A DNA stretch of 57,988 nucleotides, from the NCBI GenBank assembly GCA_038065855.1, contig JBBTQD010000013.1, positions 1-57,988 on the forward strand, in the 5' to 3' direction. A model generated the notes under the pieces. It did not search any database. It worked only from the letters and a program-made list of their open reading frames with translations, and was not told where the DNA came from. The DNA comes from Patescibacteria group bacterium (GTDB lineage: Bacteria; Patescibacteriota; Minisyncoccia; 2-02-FULL-40-12). Made by a program: the position numbers and the translations under genes. This document shows, piece by piece, positions 1 to 9,516 of the stretch (the stretch's first letter is position 1; each line of letters begins with the position of its first letter).

Positions 1-1020
1 ACCAGTATTACCACTACTGGAAGTCTTACGGTTAATAGCGCTTCTGGGACAGCAGTTCGATTTCAAAACGGTTCAGGCACTAATTTATTTATTTTTGACA
101 CTTCCAATACCAGATTCGGGATAAATTCCGGTGGCGCCGTAGATACTAAACTTGATGTGGGCGGCACCGCCTCGGTTGCTTACTTTTTGAGTTCTGGCGC
201 GGTTCAATTCGCCAGCAATGTGGCTTCGGTGGCTTATTCCAGATTCGGCGCTTCTACCACAAAAAGATCTAATTATATCACTGCTTCAAATGACCTTTTA
301 GTTTCTGGCGACCTTGAAACTGTAGGTTCTGTCGCTTTTGGCGGAACTGCTTCGGTTTCCGGTATCTTCTTTATGACTGACGGTCAGTTCCGGCCCAGCG
401 CCAACTCAACAACTGCTTTCCGTTTCCAGAACGCGGCTGGCTCCACCAATGTTTTGACCATTGATACGACAAATACCAGAGTAGGTGTTGGCACTACTCC
501 AGTAACAACTTTTGAAGTCCAGGGCACTGCTTCGGCCTCATACTTTATTGCTTCCGGCTCCGTCCAGTTCGGTTCCAATGTAGCTACCGCTTCTTATTCA
601 AGATTCGGCGGCACTGCCACCACCCATGTTGGTACTATCTCTACGGCTAAGGATCTCTTGATCTCCGGCGGCTTGGAAGTTAACGGTTCTACCGCTTTTG
701 ACGGTTTTGTTTTGTTTGGTTCCGGGGCCTCAATTTCTACTAATTTTGAGGTAACTGGAAGCAGCAACAGAGTAGGAATTAATGCCGGAGGTCTTACTGA
801 CACCAGTTTTGAAGTCGGCGGTGCGGCTTCTGTTGGAACAAACTTCAATGTTGGTGAAAACTCAGCAGCAACCACAAGCGTTACTTTTGAGACAAAAGGC
901 GCCACCAAGGGTGTTTGCTTTGTCATAACAGATTCTGCCGGGACAGTTTGGTATGCAAGAATCGTCGCCTCTGTCGCTAGTCAGGGAAAATGGTGGATAA
1001 CTTCAATTAGTTGTCTGTAG
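1..1020 (+). CDS. Repeat-containing secreted/surface protein, C-terminal part (5' end lies outside the window)
   Basis: Frame 1 is open from nt 1 (TSITTTGSLTVNSASGTAVRFQN...) and runs into the listed ORF 157..1020. The protein is rich in Gly/Ser/Thr/Ala/Val. A ~121-aa unit (A[VF]RFQN..GS.N...DT.NTR.G...GTAS..YF..SG.VQF.SNVA..YSRFG) occurs twice, followed by a degenerate third copy. Confidence 0.6.
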   Translation, partial: TSITTTGSLTVNSASGTAVRFQNGSGTNLFIFDTSNTRFGINSGGAVDTKLDVGGTASVAYFLSSGAVQFASNVASVAYSRFGASTTKRSNYITASNDLLVSGDLETVGSVAFGGTASVSGIFFMTDGQFRPSANSTTAFRFQNAAGSTNVLTIDTTNTRVGVGTTPVTTFEVQGTASASYFIASGSVQFGSNVATASYSRFGGTATTHVGTISTAKDLLISGGLEVNGSTAFDGFVLFGSGASISTNFEVTGSSNRVGINAGGLTDTSFEVGGAASVGTNFNVGENSAATTSVTFETKGATKGVCFVITDSAGTVWYARIVASVASQGKWWITSISCL

Positions 1021-1052
1021 TCTGATTTAGAGAATTGTAGCTGATAAAAGGA

Positions 1053-1481
1053 ATGCCTTGGATATTTAAAAAGAATCAATTCTCCAAAATTTTAGCGGCA
1101 GTGGCTGTTATAATAGGTTTGCTGTTAGCCATTATACTTGGATTTGCGGTTTATTCTTTGTTTTCTAAAAACGCCGAAGAAGAAGAAACAGAAAGGATTG
1201 ACCGGGCAACTTATCAGGCGGTTTTTCTTGCCAATGATCAAATTTATTTCGGCAAATTAAGAGGCATTGGTTCGCATTATCCGATTTTAGACGATGTATA
1301 TTATGTAAAATTGGAAGACGAGAAAGCTACATCCGGCAGATTAGTGAAATTAGGCATAATAGAACCGCATGGCCCTAGAGATCAGATGATTATTAACCAG
1401 GAGCACATTCTTTTTTGGGAAAATTTAAAACCTGATTCATCGATAGTCCAGACAATTCGTAATCTGAAACTTAATCAATGA
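1053..1481 (+). CDS. Small membrane-anchored protein, unknown function
   Basis: 142-aa ORF with one N-terminal hydrophobic helix (ILAAVAVIIGLLLAIILGFAVYSLF) followed by a soluble domain. Its stop overlaps the next start (ATGA at 1478-1481). Confidence 0.55.
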   Translation: MPWIFKKNQFSKILAAVAVIIGLLLAIILGFAVYSLFSKNAEEEETERIDRATYQAVFLANDQIYFGKLRGIGSHYPILDDVYYVKLEDEKATSGRLVKLGIIEPHGPRDQMIINQEHILFWENLKPDSSIVQTIRNLKLNQ

Positions 1482-2590
1482 TTAAATCAATTAAAAAGTC
1501 TTACATCTTATTAGTTTTTTCTCTATTTCTGATTCCGGTTATTGTTTCAGCCGCTCCAGTTACTTTTTCGGAAACTACCACAATTAATTTAACCATAGGC
1601 GGAACTAGTACAGATTTTACGATCATTGGCGGATCAAACGCCGATGAAATAAGTACCGAGACTTCTGCTCTTACTTTTAAAATTTCAGGAGGACAGACTT
1701 TTACTTTAAGATCAGCAGACCGGAAAATTTTGACGAATGACGGAGGGCTCGACCAGAATTGTCCCAGCAGTTATTCGGAAATATCAATTACTTTGCCTTC
1801 TGGTTCCGGGCAAAGAACAATAAAAGTAACGCCTAGTTCGTCTAATTGTTCTACTCTTACCGGCGGCGGAGGAGGTGGTGGCGGCGGCGGCGGAGGGGGA
1901 TCGCCAAGTTCTTCAACTTCTTCAGCAACACCAACTGCGATTCCGGCTACAAACGCACAAACAATAGCTTCCCAGATAGCCGCTTTGCAGGCAAAGATAG
2001 CTGGATTATCAGGTTCAGCGCCTTCTGTCTCTCAATTTGCTAGAAATCTAACCATTGGTTCAAGCGGTGAAGACGTTAAAAATTTACAAAAATTCCTTAA
2101 TTCTGCCGGTTTCAAAATTACCAATTCCGGCCCTGGTTCTCCGGGTAATGAAACCAGTTTATTCGGTTCTTTAACTAAGGTTGCTTTAGCGAAATGGCAA
2201 GCCGCCAACGGTGTTTCACCAGCCAGCGGTTACTTTGGACCGTTAACAAGAGCGAAGATAACTTCAGTTTCTATTCTGGCTGTTTCTCCGGTTGCGAGTC
2301 CAGCCGCAAGTCCGTCTGCGACGCCGGTCCAGACGCCTCAAATTTCCGGTGCAGTTTATAATTTCACTCGCAGTTTGACTGTCGGTTCTCAAGGAGCCGA
2401 TGTTAAGGTTTTGCAGGATTATTTGACTGGCACCGGTCATTTTAAGTATTCTGGCGGTTCAAGTGGAATTTTCGGTCCGGTAACTCAAGCCGCCGTAGCG
2501 GCTTGGCAAAAAGCGAATAGTGTTTCGCCGGCGACTGGCTATTTCGGGCCTGTTTCAAAAGCTAAGTATCTTGAATTAATCGGTAAATAA
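1478..2590 (+). CDS. Secreted protein with two peptidoglycan-binding (PG_binding_1-like) repeats and a Gly13 tract
   Basis: Signal-peptide-like N-terminus (LLVFSLFLIPVIVSAAP). Two copies of the pattern L.[IV]GS.G.DVK.LQ.[FY]L...G...G..G.FGP.T..A...WQ.ANGVSPA.GYFGP. A run of 13 Gly codons lies at 1862-1900. Confidence 0.75.
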   Translation: MIKSIKKSYILLVFSLFLIPVIVSAAPVTFSETTTINLTIGGTSTDFTIIGGSNADEISTETSALTFKISGGQTFTLRSADRKILTNDGGLDQNCPSSYSEISITLPSGSGQRTIKVTPSSSNCSTLTGGGGGGGGGGGGGSPSSSTSSATPTAIPATNAQTIASQIAALQAKIAGLSGSAPSVSQFARNLTIGSSGEDVKNLQKFLNSAGFKITNSGPGSPGNETSLFGSLTKVALAKWQAANGVSPASGYFGPLTRAKITSVSILAVSPVASPAASPSATPVQTPQISGAVYNFTRSLTVGSQGADVKVLQDYLTGTGHFKYSGGSSGIFGPVTQAAVAAWQKANSVSPATGYFGPVSKAKYLELIGK

Positions 2591-2605
2591 ACAAATGAAA
2601 CTAAA

Positions 2606-2636
2606 GTAAAAAATGGGCCAACGCCCATTTTTTACT
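2606..2636 (+). terminator. Rho-independent terminator candidate
   Basis: aaatgggc-caac-gcccattt hairpin (2611-2630) followed by a T-run, 16 nt after the stop at 2590. Confidence 0.6.
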
Positions 2637-2663
2637 TCGCGCCTTTTGTGCTTAAATTGAAGA

Positions 2664-4343
2664 ATGGTTATTAAGAATCAATGGGTTTTGGTTCTGTTTT
2701 TTATCGTTGGATTTTTAATTTTTTCCAATGCTTTGAACGGCGATTTCGTCCACGATGACCTTTTGGTTTTATCGCATAGTTTTTTCGGCCAGCTAGGTAA
2801 GATATTCAGTTTTTTCGGCCAGCCCTATTTTGAAGGTTTTTATCAAGCTGGACTTTATCGGCCTTTGACTCAATTCAGTTTTGGCCTTAACTTTTTAGTT
2901 TCTTCTTCGCCGTTTGGTTTTCATCTTGTTAATATTTTTCTTCATATCATCAATTCTTTTCTGATCTACTTGTTTTTAAGGAAATTTTCTAACCGATTCA
3001 CCCTTTCTTTAATTGCTGCTTTGTTATTTTTAGTTCTGCCGATTCACGTGGAAGCCGTGACTTCGATCGTGGGCCGGGCCGAACTGCTTTTCTTTCTGTT
3101 TGGCATGCTGACATTGCTTTTATGGCTCGATTCGCAATATTTTTATTCAGCTGTAACATTAGTTTTGGCTCTTTTGAGTAAAGAAACGGCTGTAGCAATT
3201 CCGGCAATTGTTTTTTTGTTCGGTTGGCACTATCGTCGCAATTGGCATTGGCTGATTTATTATTTAGGGGCGCTTGTTTTCTATTTTATTTTAAGAATTC
3301 TTGTTTTAGGCCAATATGCCTTTAAAACAAAAGTAGAATTTATTTTTAATCCTTTGGCTTATGTTTCTTTTTTCGAACGCTTTTTTACAGCATTAAAAAT
3401 TATGATTTTGTACTTGGCAAAATTTTTCGTGCCCTATAAGCTTTCGGCCGATTATTCTTATGATCAGATTCCGATAGTAAAAAGTTTATTTTCTTCGCCG
3501 TTGTCTTTAATTGGTTTGGTATTTTTATGTTTGATGCTTTGGAGGGTTTACCGGATTTTGCGAAGGGAGAAAAGTGTGATTTTGGACTGGATTTTATTAT
3601 TTTTCTTTCTGCCTTTTCTTATAGTTTCAAATATTATTTTTCCGACCGGAACAATAATGGCTGAACGGCTTATGTATTTTCCTTCATTCGGCGGTCTGAT
3701 GATTTTAGCTGTAGCCCTTGAACAGCTATTAAAATCGTCAAAACGACTTGGTTTGTCCATTTTATTGATTTTACTGGCTATTTATGGTTTATTGACCATT
3801 AGTCAGAACCGCGTTTGGGCCAGCCGCGAGACGCTTTTGACTGATAGTTTTAAGAAATCGCCGAATAGCGTTGTGGCTAAGACTGATTATGGGATTTTGA
3901 TGTTTGAACGCGATAAAGAACTGGCTAAAAAATTATCCCTTGAGGTTTACGAAAAATATCCTGACTATATTCAAAACCTCAATCTTAGAGGAGTGGTTGA
4001 AGTTCAGGAGGGCGACTTTACCAGAGCGGAAAAATTTTTGGAAAGGGCGTTGGAGCTAAGACCAAAGCACCAAAATACTTTGCAGAATTTAAGCCGGGTT
4101 TATTTCACTTTGGGCAAGTATTCGGAAACCGAAGAAATGCTTAAAGTTTTAGTCTCTGAATATGGCGGCAAAGGCAATGTGATTTTTTACGCTTTGGTTC
4201 AGGCGAAGAACAATCATTTTGATCAGTCCCGCCAGACAATCTATGACTTTTTCGGTCCTGATGTAAAAGATGAGTCAGCTTTAAAGATTTTAAGAAAAGA
4301 ATTTGAAGAGGTGGAAGACCTTTTTATTTTTCACAAGCAATGA
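2664..4343 (+). CDS. Polytopic GT-C-type glycosyltransferase (PMT_2/TMTC-like) fused to C-terminal TPR repeats
   Basis: 559 aa with about 10-11 hydrophobic helices. The first loop carries FVHDD, the acidic motif typical of PMT/TMTC-like polyprenyl-phosphate-sugar transferases. The C-terminal ~170 aa has TPR-like repeats (AEKFLERALELRPKHQNTLQNLSRVYFTLGKY). Confidence 0.65.
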   Translation: MVIKNQWVLVLFFIVGFLIFSNALNGDFVHDDLLVLSHSFFGQLGKIFSFFGQPYFEGFYQAGLYRPLTQFSFGLNFLVSSSPFGFHLVNIFLHIINSFLIYLFLRKFSNRFTLSLIAALLFLVLPIHVEAVTSIVGRAELLFFLFGMLTLLLWLDSQYFYSAVTLVLALLSKETAVAIPAIVFLFGWHYRRNWHWLIYYLGALVFYFILRILVLGQYAFKTKVEFIFNPLAYVSFFERFFTALKIMILYLAKFFVPYKLSADYSYDQIPIVKSLFSSPLSLIGLVFLCLMLWRVYRILRREKSVILDWILLFFFLPFLIVSNIIFPTGTIMAERLMYFPSFGGLMILAVALEQLLKSSKRLGLSILLILLAIYGLLTISQNRVWASRETLLTDSFKKSPNSVVAKTDYGILMFERDKELAKKLSLEVYEKYPDYIQNLNLRGVVEVQEGDFTRAEKFLERALELRPKHQNTLQNLSRVYFTLGKYSETEEMLKVLVSEYGGKGNVIFYALVQAKNNHFDQSRQTIYDFFGPDVKDESALKILRKEFEEVEDLFIFHKQ

Positions 4344-5404
4344 GGAATATTTTGATTATTACTCAAAGGGTCGACGAGAATGACGACTTGCTTGGTTTTT
4401 TTGTTTCTTGGATTAGAGAATTCTCAAAACACTTTGATAAAGTTTTTGTGATTACTTTAACAAAAGGCAGATATGAATTGCCGGCTAATGTTTTTGTGTA
4501 TTCTTTAGGCAAAGAAAGAGGCAGTAATAGAATTTTAAGATTTTTTACTTTTTACAGGCTTTTGTTTAAGTTGGCTCCAAAATCAAAAGGAATTTTTGCC
4601 CATATGTCTCCGATTTTTGCGGTGGCTTCGTGGCCACTAGCTGCACTTTTTAGTAAAAGAATAGTTTTATGGTATCTTCACCGTTCAGTTACCTTAAAAT
4701 TGAAATTAGCAGAAAAAATTTGTTATAAAATTGCAACATCCACCAAAGAAAGCTTAAACATAAAAAGCAAAAAGATAATTGAATTGGGGCATGGTATTGA
4801 TATAGAAAAATTTAGAACAACCCAAAGAAATTGGAATAATTTGATTTTATCAAAAAAGCTTAATATTTTGAGCGTTGGTAGGATATCAAAAATAAAAGAC
4901 TACGAAACTCTAATCAAAGCAACTAAGATTTTAAAAGACAGAGGATTGGATTTCAGATTAAAAATAGTGGGCCGACCAGTAATGTTTTATGATTTTGATT
5001 ATTTTGAAAAATTAAAAAAACTTGTTGGTGATTTAAGACTAGAAAATTTTATCGAATTTAGTGGGTTTATTCCCTATAGCAAAATTAATGATTTTTACAA
5101 AAAGTCAGATATTTTAATAAATCTTTCTCCGAAGGGCGGAATTGATAAGACCGTTTTAGAAGCAATGTCTGCTGGTTGTTTGATTTTAGTAGCTAATGAA
5201 GTTTTTAAAAAGTATTTTGGCGATTTTAGTCAGTTTTTAATTTTTAGATATGATAGCCCTGAAGACTTATTTCAAAAGATAAAAAATTTACTAAAGTTGT
5301 CTGAAGATAGATTAAAAAATATCAGTAATTTTCTTCAAGAATCAGTTGAAAAAAGTCATAATGTGTCTAATGTGGTAAATAAAATTTCAGAATTATTCGG
5401 CTAA
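4340..5404 (+). CDS. GT-B glycosyltransferase (GT4-like)
   Basis: C-terminal Rossmann half: ILSVGRISKIKDYETLIKA ... GFIPYSKINDFYKKSDILINLSPKGGIDKTVLEAMSAGCLIL. ATGA overlap with the upstream gene. Very AT-rich (a sampled line is about 22% GC). Confidence 0.75.
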   Translation: MRNILIITQRVDENDDLLGFFVSWIREFSKHFDKVFVITLTKGRYELPANVFVYSLGKERGSNRILRFFTFYRLLFKLAPKSKGIFAHMSPIFAVASWPLAALFSKRIVLWYLHRSVTLKLKLAEKICYKIATSTKESLNIKSKKIIELGHGIDIEKFRTTQRNWNNLILSKKLNILSVGRISKIKDYETLIKATKILKDRGLDFRLKIVGRPVMFYDFDYFEKLKKLVGDLRLENFIEFSGFIPYSKINDFYKKSDILINLSPKGGIDKTVLEAMSAGCLILVANEVFKKYFGDFSQFLIFRYDSPEDLFQKIKNLLKLSEDRLKNISNFLQESVEKSHNVSNVVNKISELFG

Positions 5405-5411
5405 ATTAAAA

Positions 5412-6692
5412 ATGTCTAATCTTCTAAAAAAATTTATAAAACTCGCGACAAAATATGCCCAGATCGACATACATTACATTGCTAAAAGCAGTCTTTGGAC
5501 AAGCATAGATTTCACGGTGGGATCTTTTCTTTCGATAATTTTAGTGGTTGTATTCGCCAATTTTCTTCCAAAAGAAACTTACGGAGTTTACAAATATATT
5601 CTTTCTCTTGTTGGAGCGCTTTCTTTCCTGACTTTAAGCGGCATAAATACCGCCGTGATTCAGGCAACCGCTAAAAGCGGCAATAACGGCATTTTGCCCT
5701 ACGCGGTAAAGCTGCAATTCAGATGGAATTTTCTTTATACGTTAGCGATGGCTGGGCTGGGTATTTATTATTTTTTGAACGGTAATAATTTACTCGCTTA
5801 TGCTTTGTGGCTTATGGCCGTTTTATTTCCATTGGATGTCGTTTTTAATACTTACGGTTCTTTTTTAGCCGGTAAAAAAGAATTTAAAAGAGTTTCTATT
5901 TATAGTTCAATATCAAACACGATTCAGATGTCTATCTTGATAACCGCAGCGTTTCTTTCCGATAATGTGGTTCTTCTTATAGGGGTTTACTCTCTTTTTC
6001 GAATCGTTCCGAATTTTTACTTTTATCTGAGGACCGTCAGAATTTTTAAGTCTCAGCCTTTAAGCCAGCCGGAGAAAAAAGAAATTTTCAAGTTTGCTAA
6101 GCATCTAAGTTTCGTTCATGTACTTTCTATTTTAGCCCAGCATATAGACAAAATAGTAGTTTTCCATTATTTGGGTGCGGTTGAACTCGCTGTTTATGGA
6201 ATTGCTGTTTCTATTCCAGAAAGAATTCGTGGCTACTTTAAAAGTATCGAAACAATCATGCTGCCGAAAATTTCCGGAAAGACCGTTGAGGAAATAAAGG
6301 CCGTTTTTTACAAAAGAATTTGGCAGGGGGTTCTTTTGGGTTTAAGTGTCAGTTTGGTTTATATTTTGGGTGCGCCCGTCATATTCAAAATATTTTTCCC
6401 GGCTTATTTGGAGTCTGTGCCTTATTCCCAGATTTTTTCACTTGTTCTCATTTTCATCATTCCGGCAACTTATTTTAGCAACATAGTTAAGGGTCATAAA
6501 ATGTTAAAAGTGATTTACGCAAGCAGTTTGGGAGCCAATATTCTAAGGATTATTTTATACGTGATTTTTGGCAGATTATGGGGAATATGGGGAGTTATTA
6601 CTGCGAACCTGTCGCTTTATTTTTTCGGCACCATTTATAATTTTATTTTGTGGGAGGTCGAAATGAAAAAACGGAGAACGAGATTTCCTTAG
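5412..6692 (+). CDS. Polysaccharide/oligosaccharide flippase (Wzx-like, MOP superfamily)
   Basis: 426 aa, about 12 hydrophobic helices, basic loops, sitting inside a glycosyltransferase operon. The architecture matches the polysaccharide-biosynthesis-protein family. Confidence 0.6.
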   Translation: MSNLLKKFIKLATKYAQIDIHYIAKSSLWTSIDFTVGSFLSIILVVVFANFLPKETYGVYKYILSLVGALSFLTLSGINTAVIQATAKSGNNGILPYAVKLQFRWNFLYTLAMAGLGIYYFLNGNNLLAYALWLMAVLFPLDVVFNTYGSFLAGKKEFKRVSIYSSISNTIQMSILITAAFLSDNVVLLIGVYSLFRIVPNFYFYLRTVRIFKSQPLSQPEKKEIFKFAKHLSFVHVLSILAQHIDKIVVFHYLGAVELAVYGIAVSIPERIRGYFKSIETIMLPKISGKTVEEIKAVFYKRIWQGVLLGLSVSLVYILGAPVIFKIFFPAYLESVPYSQIFSLVLIFIIPATYFSNIVKGHKMLKVIYASSLGANILRIILYVIFGRLWGIWGVITANLSLYFFGTIYNFILWEVEMKKRRTRFP

Positions 6693-6695
6693 AAT

Positions 6696-7343
6696 ATGAA
6701 AACCGTTCTCATCACTGGAAGTAGGGGTTTTGTAGGTTCGGCATTGGCAGATCATTTAAGAAGCAGGGGTTACCGCGTTAAAGATTGCTTGGTAAGATTG
6801 AATCATTTCAACTCCCTAGAACAAATATTTGATTCTGCTGGTCCAGATATTGTTGTTCATTTAGCCGCCAAGGTAGATAAAATTAGGGCCGGTCACGAAC
6901 AAGACGACTTTTTCGAAGTCAACGTGATGGGGACTTTGAATGTAATAAGATTATGCTTAAAGCACAAAGCTAAACTGATCTATTTCAGTTCTGCAATGGT
7001 CAGGCATTCTCGAAATAAGTACGGTAATAAGTATGGCATCAGTAAGGCTCTGGCTGAAGATCTGGTATGGTCTTTCACTAAAAACCAGGGATTGAAAGCC
7101 ATTACCATCAGGCCCTGCACCATCTACAAAAATGTTGGCGGAGCCAATATTAACCGTTTCTGGAAAGAAGAGGATATCTCAAAAGGAGAATGGTATTCTC
7201 TTGAGAGGATTTGCGTTTTAGTTGAAAAGATAATAAGAAATGAAGATTTCGAAAAGTATAAGATCTACAAGACGAGGTCGATCACCCATTATTTTAATTT
7301 CTTAAAGACGATTCCAAAGCGTATTTTGAGTTATTTAAAATAA
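6696..7343 (+). CDS. NAD(P)-dependent epimerase/dehydratase family protein, unusually short
   Basis: Rossmann motif VLITGSRGFVGSAL and catalytic YGISK (YxxxK). At 215 aa, most of the usual C-terminal substrate-binding domain is missing. Confidence 0.6.
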   Translation: MKTVLITGSRGFVGSALADHLRSRGYRVKDCLVRLNHFNSLEQIFDSAGPDIVVHLAAKVDKIRAGHEQDDFFEVNVMGTLNVIRLCLKHKAKLIYFSSAMVRHSRNKYGNKYGISKALAEDLVWSFTKNQGLKAITIRPCTIYKNVGGANINRFWKEEDISKGEWYSLERICVLVEKIIRNEDFEKYKIYKTRSITHYFNFLKTIPKRILSYLK

Positions 7344-7355
7344 GCAATAAATGAA

Positions 7356-8429
7356 ATGAGAATTCTTTTTTTCGGTACTTATAAACCTGAATATTCCCGG
7401 AACCGGGTTTTAATAAAGGGACTTAAACAAAACGGAGTTGAAATTTTAGAATGCCGTTCATCCATCAAGGGTTTTTTGGCTTTTATTGATTTGTTTTTTA
7501 AATATTTTAAATTCCGGGGGAAGTACGATTTTATACTAGTTGCTTTCCCGGGGCAGGAAGTAATGTTTCTGGCAAGATTTTTAACCCTTCGATTATTCTC
7601 AGGGCAAGCCAGAAAGCCGATAATTTTTGATGCTTTCACTTCTCATTTTGGCGGTTATATTTTAGATAGACAATATTACTCGCCGGAAAGTTTAAGGGCA
7701 AAATATTACAGGTTTTTGGATAAATGGTCATGCAGATTAGCTGATTTAGTGCTTTTGGATACTAATACTCATATAGATTTTTTTGTCAGGGAGTTTGGCT
7801 TATCGAAAGAAAAATTCAAAAGAATTTTTGTCGGCACCGATTCTGATATTTTTTACCCTCGAGACGGTAAAAAAAGTAATGATAAATTTTTGGTCCATTT
7901 TCATGGCCACTATATTCCACTTCAAGGAGTTAAATACATAATTGAAGCGGCTAAAATTCTTGAAAAAGAGAATATTTTATTTAATTTAATCGGCCGAGGC
8001 CAGACATTTGAAGAGGACAAAAAACTTGCCGAGAAACTCGGATTAAAAAACATAAATTTTATTGACTCGGTTTCTTATGAAAAACTCCCAGATTATATTG
8101 CTCAAGCAGATATTTGTCTGGGTATTTTCGGCGATAGTCCTAAAATAGATCTTGTAATACCTAATAAAATATTTGAAGCATTAGCTGTCGGGAAACCTGT
8201 AATTACAAGTGACACCAATGCTATAAGAGAGCTATTAACAGATAGAGAAGATGTTATTCTTTGTAAGGTTGCTGATACAGAGGACTTGGCCGGGAAAATT
8301 ATTGAGTTAAGAGATAATTTAGAGTTAAGATTGAAAATCGGCAAAAATGGGAGAAGTGTATTTATTAATAATGCTACCCCTAAAATATTAGGAAGACAAT
8401 TACTGGATTATATACAGGAACGGTTCTAA
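7356..8429 (+). CDS. GT-B glycosyltransferase (GT4/GT1-like)
   Basis: HFHGHYIPLQGVKYIIEAAKIL ... PNKIFEALAVGKPVITSDTNAIRELL, the typical C-terminal nucleotide-sugar-binding half. Confidence 0.7.
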   Translation: MRILFFGTYKPEYSRNRVLIKGLKQNGVEILECRSSIKGFLAFIDLFFKYFKFRGKYDFILVAFPGQEVMFLARFLTLRLFSGQARKPIIFDAFTSHFGGYILDRQYYSPESLRAKYYRFLDKWSCRLADLVLLDTNTHIDFFVREFGLSKEKFKRIFVGTDSDIFYPRDGKKSNDKFLVHFHGHYIPLQGVKYIIEAAKILEKENILFNLIGRGQTFEEDKKLAEKLGLKNINFIDSVSYEKLPDYIAQADICLGIFGDSPKIDLVIPNKIFEALAVGKPVITSDTNAIRELLTDREDVILCKVADTEDLAGKIIELRDNLELRLKIGKNGRSVFINNATPKILGRQLLDYIQERF

Positions 8430-8487
8430 ATTTGCAAAAAATCATTCCTTGCGGAATTCGTGGTTTTTTGGAAGAATTAGTTCAATT

Positions 8488-9516
8488 ATGGAAAATATAG
8501 TTAAAAGAAATAAAATCCTTGTTGTAAGCGCGGGTTACTCATTTTTTACCGAACCCCACGTAAAAGCTCTCACTGAACTGGGTTACAATTGTTTGGTATT
8601 TAATTATCGGAGCGGGATTGTATACACTAATCCTTATATGCGCAAAGCGCTTAGGGTTTTTCCTTGGATAAAAGTCGCTAAGAGATTTACTATTGCAAGA
8701 ACAAATAAAAGGCTTCTAGAATTGGTAAAAGAGTTTAAGCCAGAGTATCTATTTTCACTAAAAGCTGAAAATATTACGCCAGAGACGATTAATAAAATTA
8801 GGAGCATGGGAATAATTACCATGAATTTTTATAATGATTTCATAAATCAATGGGAAGGAATAGTACGTATAGCTCCGGCTTATGACTATTTTTTTTCTCC
8901 TGATCACTATGTGCTCAAGAAATTATGGGGGATGGGATTAAAAAATTCATTTTATCTTCCGCATGCGGTAGAAACTCTTTTTGAAAGTTCCCCGTTTGAT
9001 AAAAGAGAAAATAAGTACAATATTTCGTTTATCGGCTCTTATAATAAAATTCTCTATCCTAACCGTGAAAAATTTCTCCTTGCCATTAAAGATTTAGGTC
9101 TGCATGTTTGGGGAACCGATGAATGGTATGAAACGCCATTGAAAGATGTTTTTCACGGTCAATCCAAGGGTTTAGAGCGGTTCGATATTTATAGGAAAAG
9201 CAAGATTGTAGTCGATATTAATTGGAATAACCTTCCTGCCGAAGGAATAAATGTTAGGCCATTTGAGGTGGGATACTCCGGAGCTTGTCTTTTTAGCGAT
9301 TTAGTGCGCGCCGATATAAAACGGGTTTTTAATGAAGGCAAGGAATTCGTTTCATTTAATAATGAAAACGAATTACGGCAGAAAATTCAATATTATTTAA
9401 GCCACGATTCTGAACGAGAAACGATTGCCCGAGCCTGTTATGAAAAGATTATTAAAAAACACACATATCAGGCACGAATGCGAGAAATGTTTAATATAGT
9501 AAATTCTGTTTTATGA
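8488..9516 (+). CDS. CgeB-family glycosyltransferase-like protein
   Basis: C-terminal RPFEVGYSGACLFSD...GKEFVSFNNENELRQKIQYYLSHDSERETIARACYEKIIKKHTYQARM resembles the CgeB/Glyco_trans_1_2 family. I prefer the ATG at 8488 over the listed TTG at 8449. Confidence 0.5.
   Translation: MENIVKRNKILVVSAGYSFFTEPHVKALTELGYNCLVFNYRSGIVYTNPYMRKALRVFPWIKVAKRFTIARTNKRLLELVKEFKPEYLFSLKAENITPETINKIRSMGIITMNFYNDFINQWEGIVRIAPAYDYFFSPDHYVLKKLWGMGLKNSFYLPHAVETLFESSPFDKRENKYNISFIGSYNKILYPNREKFLLAIKDLGLHVWGTDEWYETPLKDVFHGQSKGLERFDIYRKSKIVVDINWNNLPAEGINVRPFEVGYSGACLFSDLVRADIKRVFNEGKEFVSFNNENELRQKIQYYLSHDSERETIARACYEKIIKKHTYQARMREMFNIVNSVL

Noticed and set aside
1846-2043. A 65-aa ORF encoding RRRRRWWRRRRRG.
   Set aside because: It is an alternative-frame reading of the (GGN)13 tract inside the well-supported PG-binding protein gene.
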